From contig CBDEFM010000002.1 in assembly GCA_965237415.1 (NCBI GenBank), positions 1,184,001-1,248,000 on the forward strand: DNA of 64,000 nt, read 5' to 3'. The DNA is from Alphaproteobacteria bacterium (GTDB taxonomy: Bacteria > Pseudomonadota > Alphaproteobacteria > UBA828). The stretch's first letter is position 1. Every line of letters starts with the position of its first letter. Shown here one piece after another: positions 36,274 to 45,640 of this stretch. The notes under the pieces are model-generated. The model was given only the letters and a program-made list of their open reading frames with translations, was not told the DNA's origin and ran no database searches. A program made the translations under genes and the position numbers.

Positions 36274-38349
36274 ATGGCTGCGAAATCCATTCGCGTCGCA
36301 ACCGACGTCGGCGGAACCTTCACCGACCTCCTGGTTTTCGAGACCGACGGCGACACCGGCGAGGCCGTCGTCCGCAGCGCGAAGACCGACACCACCCCCG
36401 CAGGCTACGAGGAAGGCGTGTTCGATGTCATGGCGAAGGCGGACGTCGCGGCGGACTCGGTGGGCTTCCTCGCCCACGGGACGACGGTGGTCATCAACGC
36501 GCTGACCGAGCGCACCGGCGTCAGGGTCGGCCTCATCACGACGCAGGGGTTTCGCGATACGCTGGAGATCGCGCGCGGCAACCGGCCCGACTTCTTCAAT
36601 CTGCACTATCAAAAGCCCGAGCCCTTCGTGCCGCGCAACCTGCGCCGCGAGCTGCCCGGCCGCATCGACTACCACGGGCAGGAGATGCACCCCATCGACC
36701 TCTCACCGCTGCCGGAGATCGTCGCGGACTTTCAGGCCGAAGGCGTGGAGGCGGTCGCGATCTGCTTCATCCACGCCTACGCGAACCCTGCGCACGAACA
36801 AGCCGCTCTCGCCGAGCTCAACCGGCTCTGGCCGGAGGTCTCCGCCATCTCATCCCACCAGATCACGCGCGAGTGGCGCGAATACGAGCGCACCAGCACC
36901 GCCGTGCTCTCGGCCTACGTGCAGCCGGTGGCGGAGCGCTACCTCCAGCGCCTCGACGCCGGCCTCGCCGAGCGCGGCTTCGACGGCGGCCTTTACATCA
37001 TGCAGTCCAACTGCGGCGTGGATTCCGTCGACACCGTCTCGCGCATTCCCATCACGATGGTTGAATCGGGGCCGGCATCGGGCGTCTGGGGCGCGGCGGA
37101 GCTCGGCCGGCTGATCGACGAGCCCAACGTGCTCGCGCTGGACATCGGCGGCACGACCGCCAAGTGCTCGCTGATCGAAGACGCCGACGTCAGGATCAAG
37201 ACCGACTACTGGATCGGGCGGACCCGCGCCAGCGCGGGTTATCCCGTCATGGTCCCCGTCGTCGATCTGGTGGAGATCGGCAACGGCGGCGGCTCCATCG
37301 CCTGGGTCGACGACTTCGGCAAGCTGCGCGTGGGCCCGCGCTCCGCCGGCGCGATGCCGGGTCCTGCGGCTTATGGGCGCGGGGGGACCGAGGCCACCAC
37401 GACCGACGCCAATCTCTGGCTCGGCCGCATCAACCGCGACTACTTTTGCGGGGGCACGGTGCAGGCCGACATGGACGGGGTAGCGAAGGCCATCGAGGCG
37501 GTGGGATCGCGGCTCGGCGTGGACGCCGACGAGGCCGCCCGCGGCATCGTGCGCATCGCCAACAACAACATGGTCAACGCGCTCAAGCTGGTCTCCGTCA
37601 ACCGCGGGTTCGACCCGCGCGACTTCACGCTGATCGCGTTCGGCGGCGGCGGCGCGATGCACGCGGTGGCGCTCGCCCAGGAGCTCGGCGTCACCAAGGT
37701 GGTGGTGCCGGCCGATGCCTCGGTGTTCTCCGCCTGGGGCATGCTGATGTCCGACCTGCGCCGCGACGATGTGGTCACCCTCCTCGTCGATCTCACTGCC
37801 GGGAACGCCGCCGCCATCGAGGGAGCGTTTGCCGAGACGGAGGAGCGCGCGCGGAACCGCTTCGCGGCCGAAGGCATCGCGGCATCCGCGGTCAAGCTCG
37901 CGCGCCTCGGCAAGTTCCGCTACCAGAACCAGGAGCACACCACCGAGGTGCCGTTGGAGACCGGGCCTGTGACCGCCGAAGGCATCGCCGCCATCGAGGC
38001 CGCCTTCCACGAGACCTACGAGCGCGAATACACTTACAGGCTCGACGCCCCGGTCGAGATGGTGGGCTTTCACGTCGTCGCCACGGTCGACATCGGCAAG
38101 CTCACCATGACAACGCGGCAGGCGACGGGGCGGCTGCTCGGCGACGCGCAGAAGGGCACGCGCCGCGTCGACTATGCGCTGGAAGGCGTGCGCGTGGCAG
38201 CGATCTACGACGGCGAGCGGCTGGAGCCCGGCATGGCTTTCGAGGGACCCGCCATCGTCGAGGATTCTGGGACCACGGTCGTGGTCCACCCCGGCAACCA
38301 CGCCGAGGTGGACGACTTCGGCAATATCCGCATTCATATCCGCAACTGA
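36274..38349 (+). CDS. Hydantoinase A / oxoprolinase family subunit
   Basis: DVGGTFTD, HGTTVVINAL, ESGPASG, DIGGTT, GNGGGSIA. Confidence 0.93.
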   Translation: MAAKSIRVATDVGGTFTDLLVFETDGDTGEAVVRSAKTDTTPAGYEEGVFDVMAKADVAADSVGFLAHGTTVVINALTERTGVRVGLITTQGFRDTLEIARGNRPDFFNLHYQKPEPFVPRNLRRELPGRIDYHGQEMHPIDLSPLPEIVADFQAEGVEAVAICFIHAYANPAHEQAALAELNRLWPEVSAISSHQITREWREYERTSTAVLSAYVQPVAERYLQRLDAGLAERGFDGGLYIMQSNCGVDSVDTVSRIPITMVESGPASGVWGAAELGRLIDEPNVLALDIGGTTAKCSLIEDADVRIKTDYWIGRTRASAGYPVMVPVVDLVEIGNGGGSIAWVDDFGKLRVGPRSAGAMPGPAAYGRGGTEATTTDANLWLGRINRDYFCGGTVQADMDGVAKAIEAVGSRLGVDADEAARGIVRIANNNMVNALKLVSVNRGFDPRDFTLIAFGGGGAMHAVALAQELGVTKVVVPADASVFSAWGMLMSDLRRDDVVTLLVDLTAGNAAAIEGAFAETEERARNRFAAEGIAASAVKLARLGKFRYQNQEHTTEVPLETGPVTAEGIAAIEAAFHETYEREYTYRLDAPVEMVGFHVVATVDIGKLTMTTRQATGRLLGDAQKGTRRVDYALEGVRVAAIYDGERLEPGMAFEGPAIVEDSGTTVVVHPGNHAEVDDFGNIRIHIRN

Positions 38350-38368
38350 ACGAGACGGCGGCAGCACC

Positions 38369-40066
38369 ATGACAACGATGACCACGATCACGAACGATCC
38401 GATCACGCTTGAGATCATCCAGAATTCGCTGCAGAGCGCGGCCGACGAGATGTTCGCGGCCATGAAGAAGACTGCGATGAGCTCGATCATCTACGAGGTG
38501 CTCGACATGGGCACCGGGATCACCGACGCGAAGGGCGAAATTGCTTGCTCGGGCGCCGGCATTCCGGCCTTCGTCGGCGTGCTCGACAAGGCGGTGACGG
38601 TGATCGTCGAGAAGTTCGACGACCCCGGCGAGGTCGAGCCCGGCGACGTCTTCGTCACCAACGACCCCTATTACGGCGGGGTGACGCACCTCAACGACAT
38701 CGTCGTCGTCATGCCGGTCTTCGTCGAAGACCGCATCATCGCCTGGACCGCGAACATCGCGCACAACTCGGACGTGGGCGGTATGGCGCCGGGCTCGCTC
38801 ACCGGCGAGGCGACGGAGATCTTCCAGGAAGGGCTGCGGCTGCCCGCCATCAAGATGATCTCCAGGGGCGAGCCGATCCAGCCGGTGCTGGAGATCATCA
38901 AGGTCAACTCGCGCATGCCCGACGTGCTCGAAGGCGATGTCTGGGCCGCGATCGCCTCGGTGCGCATCGGCACCGCCCGCCTCGCGGAGATCGCCGAGAA
39001 GTATGGCGCCGCCACCTTCGAGCAGGCGATGACGTCGTTCATGGACTATGGCGAGCGGGTGTCGCGCTCGGCGCTCACGTCGCTTCCCAAGGGCACCTTC
39101 ACGCTCGCCGAGGAACAGGACGACGGCCAGGTCTTCAACGTCACGATCACGATCGCCGACGACGAATTCGTCGTCGACCTGCGGGACAACCCGGATCAGG
39201 CGACGAACCCGGTCAACACCAGCCGGGACGGCGTGATGGTGTCGGCGCAGATGATCTTCAAGTCGCTGACCGACCCCTATTCGCCGTGCAACGCCGGCTC
39301 CTTCCGCCCGATCCGCCTGCTGACGCGCGAGGGCTCGGTGTTCCACGCCGAGGAGCCCGCGCCCGTCGGCTTCTACTACGAGATCGACCTGCGCGCGTAC
39401 GACCTGATGTGGCGCTGCCTCGCGCAGCACATGCCGGAGCGCCTGGCCGCCGGGCACTTCGCCTCGGTGTGCGGCACCTTCATCGGCGGCATCCACCCCG
39501 ACACCGGCCGCCAGTACACGATCATCGAGCCGCAGCTCGGCGGCTGGGGCGGCCGCGAGGGGATGGACGGGAACAACGCCATGTTCTGCGGCTTCCACGG
39601 CGAGACCTTCAACTGCCCGGCCGAGATCAACGAGGCGCGCAACGGGCTCTACGTCGACCAGATGGCGCTCAACGTCCAGCCAGGCGGCGAGGGCCAGTTC
39701 ACCGGCGGGCGCGGCATCGTCATGGACTACCGAGTCCGCGCCAACGACGGCTTCCTGACCATAGGCTACACGCGCTCGAAGTTCCCGGCCTGGGCGCTCG
39801 ACGGCGGGCACGAAGGCTCCCCCAACTACGTCGACTTCATCCCGCGCGAGGGGGAGCGCCAGCGCTTCGCCTTCGTCTCCGGCCTCAAGACGCAGAGGGA
39901 TGATGTGATCCGCGTCGTCACCGGCAACGGCGGCGGCTTCGGCGATCCGAAGAAGCGCGATCCCGACCGCGTGCGCCGGGACGTGAGGAACGGCCTCATC
40001 AGCCCAGAGCGGGCGCGGGAGGTCTACGGCGTGACAATCGATCCAGACAACGGGAGGACCGCATGA
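38369..40066 (+). CDS. Hydantoinase B / oxoprolinase family subunit
   Basis: DPITLEII, NDPYYGGVTHLND, HNSDVGG, GNGGGFGDP. Confidence 0.93.
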   Translation: MTTMTTITNDPITLEIIQNSLQSAADEMFAAMKKTAMSSIIYEVLDMGTGITDAKGEIACSGAGIPAFVGVLDKAVTVIVEKFDDPGEVEPGDVFVTNDPYYGGVTHLNDIVVVMPVFVEDRIIAWTANIAHNSDVGGMAPGSLTGEATEIFQEGLRLPAIKMISRGEPIQPVLEIIKVNSRMPDVLEGDVWAAIASVRIGTARLAEIAEKYGAATFEQAMTSFMDYGERVSRSALTSLPKGTFTLAEEQDDGQVFNVTITIADDEFVVDLRDNPDQATNPVNTSRDGVMVSAQMIFKSLTDPYSPCNAGSFRPIRLLTREGSVFHAEEPAPVGFYYEIDLRAYDLMWRCLAQHMPERLAAGHFASVCGTFIGGIHPDTGRQYTIIEPQLGGWGGREGMDGNNAMFCGFHGETFNCPAEINEARNGLYVDQMALNVQPGGEGQFTGGRGIVMDYRVRANDGFLTIGYTRSKFPAWALDGGHEGSPNYVDFIPREGERQRFAFVSGLKTQRDDVIRVVTGNGGGFGDPKKRDPDRVRRDVRNGLISPERAREVYGVTIDPDNGRTA

Positions 40067-40872
40067 AAGCCAACGCCCCCCTCAAGCTGATGTATCTCAA
40101 CCCGGTCGGCACCGAGGCCTACGACGCCGTCTTCGCCGACATGGCACGCACCTACAAGCTGCCGGGCACGGAGGTCCACATCGCCTGCCTGGCGGACGCG
40201 GGCGGTAGCTTCACCCACATCGAGTACCGCTCCTACGAGACCATCGTCTCGCGCGGCATTATCAGGGCGACACGCCAGGCCGCGCGCGAGGGCTTCGACG
40301 CGCTCGCCATCGGCTGCTTCTACGACACGGCGCTGCACGATGCCCGCGAGATCTCGGGCGAGATGGTCGTGACCGCGCCCTGCCTTGCTTCGTGCGAAAT
40401 CGCGGCGAGCCTCGCCAACCGCTTCGGCATCATCGTGGGGCGGCGCAAGTGGGTGAACCAGATGAACGCCGTCGCCCGCGAGCACGGCTACGGCGAGCGC
40501 CTCAGCGGCTTCTATCAGGTCGAGCTCGGCGTCAACGACTTCCAGACCGATCACGCGGAGACCGAGCGGCGGCTGGTCGCGGCCGGGAAGCGCGCGGTCG
40601 AAGAGGACTACGCCGAAGCGCTGATCCTCGGATGCACGCTGGAGATCGGCTTCTACCGCGAGATCGAGAAGGCCGTCGGCGTGCCGGTGATCGACCCCTC
40701 CATCGCAGCGCTCAAGCGCGCCGAGTATGCCGCGCAGCTCAAGCGCCAGTGCGGCTGGGTGCCGAGCCGCATGTGGTCCTGCGAGCCGCCGCCCGAGGAG
40801 GAGATCGCGCGCTTCGGCGGCTTCGATGAAGGCGAGGCCTTCGGCCAGCGCCTGGTCGTCGAGGCGGAGTGA
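40063..40872 (+). CDS. Asp/Glu/hydantoin racemase family protein
   Basis: LNPV, IGCFYD and ILGCT catalytic cysteines, VPVIDP. Confidence 0.9.
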   Translation: MKANAPLKLMYLNPVGTEAYDAVFADMARTYKLPGTEVHIACLADAGGSFTHIEYRSYETIVSRGIIRATRQAAREGFDALAIGCFYDTALHDAREISGEMVVTAPCLASCEIAASLANRFGIIVGRRKWVNQMNAVAREHGYGERLSGFYQVELGVNDFQTDHAETERRLVAAGKRAVEEDYAEALILGCTLEIGFYREIEKAVGVPVIDPSIAALKRAEYAAQLKRQCGWVPSRMWSCEPPPEEEIARFGGFDEGEAFGQRLVVEAE

Positions 40873-40897
40873 CGGCGCTCGGCCCTCGCCGGTCTGC

Positions 40898-41071
40898 TTA
40901 GTCCGCCCCGTCTGCCACGGGATCGAAATCGGCCTTGGGCGCGCGGCAGTCGGGACAGCACCAGTCGTCCGGCAGATCCTCGAAGGCTGTGCCGGGCGGT
41001 GTGTCGCGCTGCGCCTCGCCCTTGGCAGGGTCGTAGACGTAGCCGCACCAGCGACACCGATAGCGCGTCAT
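40898..41071 (-). CDS. Rubredoxin
   Basis: [11 protein letters not shown]...[15 protein letters not shown]. Confidence 0.92.
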   Translation of the reverse strand: MTRYRCRWCGYVYDPAKGEAQRDTPPGTAFEDLPDDWCCPDCRAPKADFDPVADGAD

Positions 41072-41135
41072 GGCGACCGTCGCCGACAAATGACGGCGTG
41101 CGACCGGCGCAACCGGCCGCGCGCCGTTACCTCAA

Positions 41136-42305
41136 TCAGTGAATGCCGAGCTTCTCGGCAGCCATCTGCGTTCCCTTGATGCGGGACTCGATCTTCTGAA
41201 ACGCCACGTCGCGGGCGTAGTCCGGCGAGCCGTGGTTGGGCTTCACGTCGATGCTGAAGGGCGAGAAGCCGCAATCGTCGGTTGAGGCGATCTGCTCCTT
41301 CGGCAGGTGATTGGCGGCCGCGACGAGCTGATCGCACACTTCCTCGGGCGATTCGACCCGCGGGTTCTGCGGGTTGACGACGCCGATAAAGGCCATCTGC
41401 GTGACGCCGTTCGCGTCGGTTCGGATGCTGGCCGCGATGTCCTTGTAGACCTGCTCCTGGTTCCGCTCGCTCTTGAACTGGATCATGAAGTAGCCGGCAT
41501 TCAACTGGAACATGCTCGGCAGCAGGTCGTTGTAGGGCACATCGGCGCTGTGCACGGAATCGCAGTCGCCGCCGGGGCAGGTGTGGATGCCGATGTTCAC
41601 CCGCTCCTCCGCCGTGAAGCGGTCGAGCACCCCGTTGATGAGATCGATGAAGTGGGGAAGCATCTCGCGGCCGGTCCAGGGGTTGCGCGAATCGTTGCGG
41701 CAGGAGAGCCGGCCTTCGGTGAAGTCGATCGAGACCCTGACGGCGCCGGCAGCGAAGGCGGCGCGCACGTCCTTCTCGCACTCGTCGATCAGGTCGGCCT
41801 CGAACGTCGCGCGAGAGTAGCCCTCGATCTCCTCATCGAGCGGATAGAGCAGCGCCAGCATCGAGGGCGCGATGACCGCCTGCTTCATCGGCTTGGTCGC
41901 AGACTTGATCGAGAGCTTCAGCGAATCCGCGGCGAAGCTCTTGTAGCGGAAGGGGCCGCCGGTGAGCAGCGGCAACTGGCGATTGTGGCCGTCGGCGAAG
42001 ATGGCGAAATACTGGCCGCCGCCCCCCAGATGGTCGGCAAGGCCCGTCCCCGCCAGCGTGTCGGTGATCGGATAGGTCGCGAAGCTCGACCAGCGTTGCT
42101 CGCCGTCGGAGACGATGGGCGAGCCGGTCGCCTCCATGCGCGCGATCGAATCGCGCACGGCTTCCTCCTGCTCCGCCTCCAGGTCGGCCTTCGAAATCTC
42201 GCCCGCGTCGTAGGCGGCATACGCGGCCTGGAGCTTGGAGGGCCGGGGCAGCGAACCCACGGGTTCTGTCGGAATTCCGGTGGCAGCGCGCGGATCGTAG
42301 GTCAT
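41136..42305 (-). CDS. Cobalamin-independent methionine synthase II family protein (core MetE C-terminal domain only)
   Basis: TEPVGSLPRP, SDGEQR, HTC and DDCGFS zinc ligands; GGAGA RBS. Confidence 0.85.
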   Translation of the reverse strand: MTYDPRAATGIPTEPVGSLPRPSKLQAAYAAYDAGEISKADLEAEQEEAVRDSIARMEATGSPIVSDGEQRWSSFATYPITDTLAGTGLADHLGGGGQYFAIFADGHNRQLPLLTGGPFRYKSFAADSLKLSIKSATKPMKQAVIAPSMLALLYPLDEEIEGYSRATFEADLIDECEKDVRAAFAAGAVRVSIDFTEGRLSCRNDSRNPWTGREMLPHFIDLINGVLDRFTAEERVNIGIHTCPGGDCDSVHSADVPYNDLLPSMFQLNAGYFMIQFKSERNQEQVYKDIAASIRTDANGVTQMAFIGVVNPQNPRVESPEEVCDQLVAAANHLPKEQIASTDDCGFSPFSIDVKPNHGSPDYARDVAFQKIESRIKGTQMAAEKLGIH

Positions 42306-42414
42306 CGGTGGTCTCCCTGTATCTGGCGATGTGTTCCGGCATGGTCCCATATCAGCGGCGCGACACAAAATACGGTGCTGGTGCGACGCGGCCGACGTCC
42401 CCATCTGCGTGCCC

Positions 42415-42464
42415 CGCACCTTGGTGCGATGGGCAGCGCTGCCGGCTGTCGTCATGGTACGGGC
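42415..42464 (+). promoter_or_regulatory. Putative activator-dependent late promoter, copy 2 (terminase)
   Basis: CGCACCTTGGTGCG (42415-42428) - 24 nt - CATGGT - 6 nt - ATG 42465. Confidence 0.75.
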
Positions 42465-43862
42465 ATGGCCGGCCCCGACTCTGACGACCGAGAGACCATG
42501 AATTGGGAGCGAGCGCGCCCTACCCTCCTCCCCTACCAGGCCCGCTGGTTGGCGGACGGTGCCGGCCTCAAGGTGATCGAGAAGGCGCGGCGCGTGGGCA
42601 TCTCCTGGGCGGAAGCCTACGACGCGGTGATGCACGCGGGCGCCGCCGGCAGCGGCAACGTCTACTACCAGGCCTACAACTGGGAGATGACCCGGGGCTT
42701 CATCGCGGATTGCGCCGACTGGGCGCGGACGCTGCAGTTGGTGGCCGGCTCTCTCGGCGAAACTCTGATCGACGAAGGCCAGCGCATCCAGGCCTTTCGC
42801 ATCGCCTTCGCCTCGGGCCGCGAGATCGTCGCCATGACCTCGGCACCCCGCGCCTTCCGCTCCAAGGGCAGGCCCGGCGACCTCGCCATCATCGACGAGG
42901 CGGCCTTCGTCGACGATCTCGGTCAGGTGCTCAAGGCAGCGATGGCCTTCCGCGTCTGGGGCGGGCGGGCGCACGTCATCAGCACCCACAACGGCGAGGC
43001 CAATCCCTTCGCCGCGCTCTGCCGCGACCTGCGCGAGGGCGCGCGGCCCGGCTCTTTGCATCGCATCACGCTGGAGGAGGCACTGGCGGAGGGACTCTTC
43101 CGCAAGATCGCTGCGGCCCAGGGCCGGCCCTGGTCGGCGGAGACCGAGGCCGCCTGGGAAGCCGAAATCAGGGCGGAGTACGGTACTTATGCGTCAGAAG
43201 AGCTCGACTGCATCCCCGCTGCCGGCGGCGGCGCCTGGCTCGGCTGGGAAGCGATCCGCACCTGCGAAGACCGCGCCGCCGGCGATCCCGCCGCCTTCGC
43301 CGGCGGTTCCACCACTATCGGCGTGGACGTGGCGAGGCGCCGCGATCTCTGGGTCGCCGCGGTGCTGGAGCAGGTGGGCGACGTGCTCTGGCTGCGCGAA
43401 CTGGTGGTGCGACAGGGCATCCCCTTCAGCGCGCAGCGGGCGATTGTGGGTGACTTGGCCGCGCGCTATCGGCCCACCCGCATCGCCGTGGACCAGACCG
43501 GCATGGGCGAGGCCGTGGTGGAGCAGCTGCAGGAGGACCTGGGCCGGACCACCGTCGAGGGCGTGTTGATGACCGGGCCGCGCCGGCTCGATGCGGCGAC
43601 GGCGCTGCGGGAAGCGGTGGAGGACCGCCGCCTCCGCATTCCGCCCGACGGCGATCTGAGGCGCGACCTCCACGCCGTCCGCGCCGAGGCCGGGCCGACC
43701 GGGGCGCCGCGCCTCATGGCGGAGCGCTCGGGCACCGACGGCCACGCCGACCGCTTCTGGGCTCTGGCGCTCGCCTGCACCGCCGCCCGCACCGCGGCCA
43801 CCGCGACCATCGAGGGCGCTACCGCCGGCCCCCGCGCCGCCACCCTCGCGGGCTTCTATTGA
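42465..43862 (+). CDS. Mu gp28-like terminase large subunit
   Basis: LLPYQ..W, EKARRVGISW (Walker A variant), IIDEAAF (Walker B), ISTHNG..NPF, GVDVAR.RDL and GHADRFWA nuclease acidic residues. Confidence 0.9.
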   Translation: MAGPDSDDRETMNWERARPTLLPYQARWLADGAGLKVIEKARRVGISWAEAYDAVMHAGAAGSGNVYYQAYNWEMTRGFIADCADWARTLQLVAGSLGETLIDEGQRIQAFRIAFASGREIVAMTSAPRAFRSKGRPGDLAIIDEAAFVDDLGQVLKAAMAFRVWGGRAHVISTHNGEANPFAALCRDLREGARPGSLHRITLEEALAEGLFRKIAAAQGRPWSAETEAAWEAEIRAEYGTYASEELDCIPAAGGGAWLGWEAIRTCEDRAAGDPAAFAGGSTTIGVDVARRRDLWVAAVLEQVGDVLWLRELVVRQGIPFSAQRAIVGDLAARYRPTRIAVDQTGMGEAVVEQLQEDLGRTTVEGVLMTGPRRLDAATALREAVEDRRLRIPPDGDLRRDLHAVRAEAGPTGAPRLMAERSGTDGHADRFWALALACTAARTAATATIEGATAGPRAATLAGFY

Positions 43863-44082
43863 GGGGCGCGCGTCGCGCCCTCTCCGCCCTCGGGCTGCCG
43901 TGGCACGTCATCGGAAATTCTCATTGCCGGCCCAACAAAACGATACTTGTCCCAATACCGCGGCGTTCACATCTCTTGATTGTAGGCCCCACCCGCTGCG
44001 GTGCTGGCTCTGACTGACCCGCCTCACCCGCCGCGCGGCAGGGCTCGAAAGCGAGGATCGCGAAGCGAAGAGGATGCGAGCC

Positions 44083-45426
44083 ATGGCAGACGAGAACGAC
44101 GACACACGCAGAGGCAAGAACGACAGCGAAGCGCAAGAAGGGGATCCGCTTGGGCTGTACGTCGGCAGCCAGGCCGGCGAAACGTTTGACGGCGGCGACG
44201 TCTTCGCTGTCTACGACCTCGCCGGGGGAGCCGACAGGGCGAACTATCGAGGCGGCGACAACGCCTTCCTCCTGGGCGGAAGCGGCGACGACTTCTTGAT
44301 GAGCAACGGCGACGATTTCATCATGGGTGGCAGCGGCGACGACACGATCAATGCCATGGGACGCGAAAGCGTCGTCCGCGGCGGCAGCGGCGACGACACC
44401 ATCCTCGGCACACTCGGAAACGACTGGCTGATCGGCGACGCCGGCGACGACACCATCGACAGCTCCGGCGGAAACGATTTCATCGCCGGCGGCGATGGCG
44501 ACGACCTTCTGTACGGCCGCGGCGGGAACGACTGGGTCATCGGTGGAGCCGGGGACGATCGCATGTCGGGCGGCGACGGCCGCGATATCTTCCATTTCCA
44601 TGCCGACAACGGCCACGACACGATCTTCGACTTCCGCGGCAGCGAGGACATCATCGACCTGACCGGATTCGAGGTGCGGATCACTTGGACGGAGTTGAGC
44701 GCGCGGTTCGCAATCGCGGACAACGGCCGGGACGCGGTAATTGACCTCAGTGGATGGGGCGGCGGAACGATCACGTTGCGCAACGTCAGGCCGGCATACC
44801 TCAGCGAAGACATGTTCTACCTGCCCGATCCCCAGTCCCCCTTGGAGGGCGGGGACGAAGAAGAGGGCTTCTACGTTCCCGGCACCGCCACCTTTGTCGG
44901 TCACCCCGGCGCCGATGCCCTGGTCGCAGACGGACGCGCCGACTTCATCTTCGGCGGCGAGGGCGACGACAGGCTCGACGGTGGCGGCGGCGAGGACTGG
45001 ATCCTCGGCGGCGAAGGCAACGATACGCTCGACGGCAACACTGGCAACGACCGCCTGTTCGGCGGCGAAGGGCGCGACACGCTGGACGGCGGGGAAGGCA
45101 GCGACTGGCTCAGCGGCGGCACCGGCACCGATACGCTGACGGGTGGCACCGGGGCCGACACCTTCGCCTATTTCGCCGGCCATGGAAGCGACACGATCAC
45201 CGACTTCACCGACGGCGAAGACGTGATCGACCTGAGTTCGCTCGACTCCATCTCGGGCTTCGATGACCTGAGCGCGATCCAGCTCGGCTCGTTCGTTGCG
45301 ATCGACCTGGGCGGCCACGGCGGAGGCACCATCGCGCTCGAGAATTTCGATATCGAAGTCCTGGACGAGACGGATTTCGTGTTCTACCAGCCTCCCGTTG
45401 CCGATCCCGCACAGGACGGCATGTAG
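44083..45426 (+). CDS. RTX/hemolysin-type calcium-binding repeat protein
   Basis: Two blocks of GGxGxD nonapeptide repeats, each followed by G.DTI.DF...ED.IDL. Confidence 0.9.
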   Translation: MADENDDTRRGKNDSEAQEGDPLGLYVGSQAGETFDGGDVFAVYDLAGGADRANYRGGDNAFLLGGSGDDFLMSNGDDFIMGGSGDDTINAMGRESVVRGGSGDDTILGTLGNDWLIGDAGDDTIDSSGGNDFIAGGDGDDLLYGRGGNDWVIGGAGDDRMSGGDGRDIFHFHADNGHDTIFDFRGSEDIIDLTGFEVRITWTELSARFAIADNGRDAVIDLSGWGGGTITLRNVRPAYLSEDMFYLPDPQSPLEGGDEEEGFYVPGTATFVGHPGADALVADGRADFIFGGEGDDRLDGGGGEDWILGGEGNDTLDGNTGNDRLFGGEGRDTLDGGEGSDWLSGGTGTDTLTGGTGADTFAYFAGHGSDTITDFTDGEDVIDLSSLDSISGFDDLSAIQLGSFVAIDLGGHGGGTIALENFDIEVLDETDFVFYQPPVADPAQDGM

Positions 45427-45537
45427 CCGGTAGGCGCGGGCTACTTAGGCCCGCGCGACTCTACATTCCGCGCACACGACCCGGTGGGCGTGCGCGCCTG
45501 TCTTACCGCGCGCGGGACCTTTCAGGCCCGCGCGACC

Positions 45538-45587
45538 CGCACCATGGTGCGGTGCACAGGGCGCGCCAGGTCCGCGATGATCGGGCC
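45538..45587 (+). promoter_or_regulatory. Putative activator-dependent late promoter, copy 3 (portal)
   Basis: Perfect palindrome CGCACCATGGTGCG (45538-45551) - 24 nt - GATGAT - 6 nt - ATG 45588; shares 20 identical nt (ACCATGGTGCGGTGCACAGG) with copy 1. Confidence 0.8.
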
Positions 45588-45640
45588 ATGTTGAACGCCC
45601 GATCCTCCGCTTCTCTCCCGACAGCCGGGAGCCACCCCTG

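Noticed and set aside
41136-43862. Long overlapping ORFs 41136-43061 (-) and 41307-43862 (+) as fusion proteins
   Set aside because: The extensions are antisense read-through in GC-rich DNA; the supported starts are 42305 (MetE-like) and 42465 (terminase)
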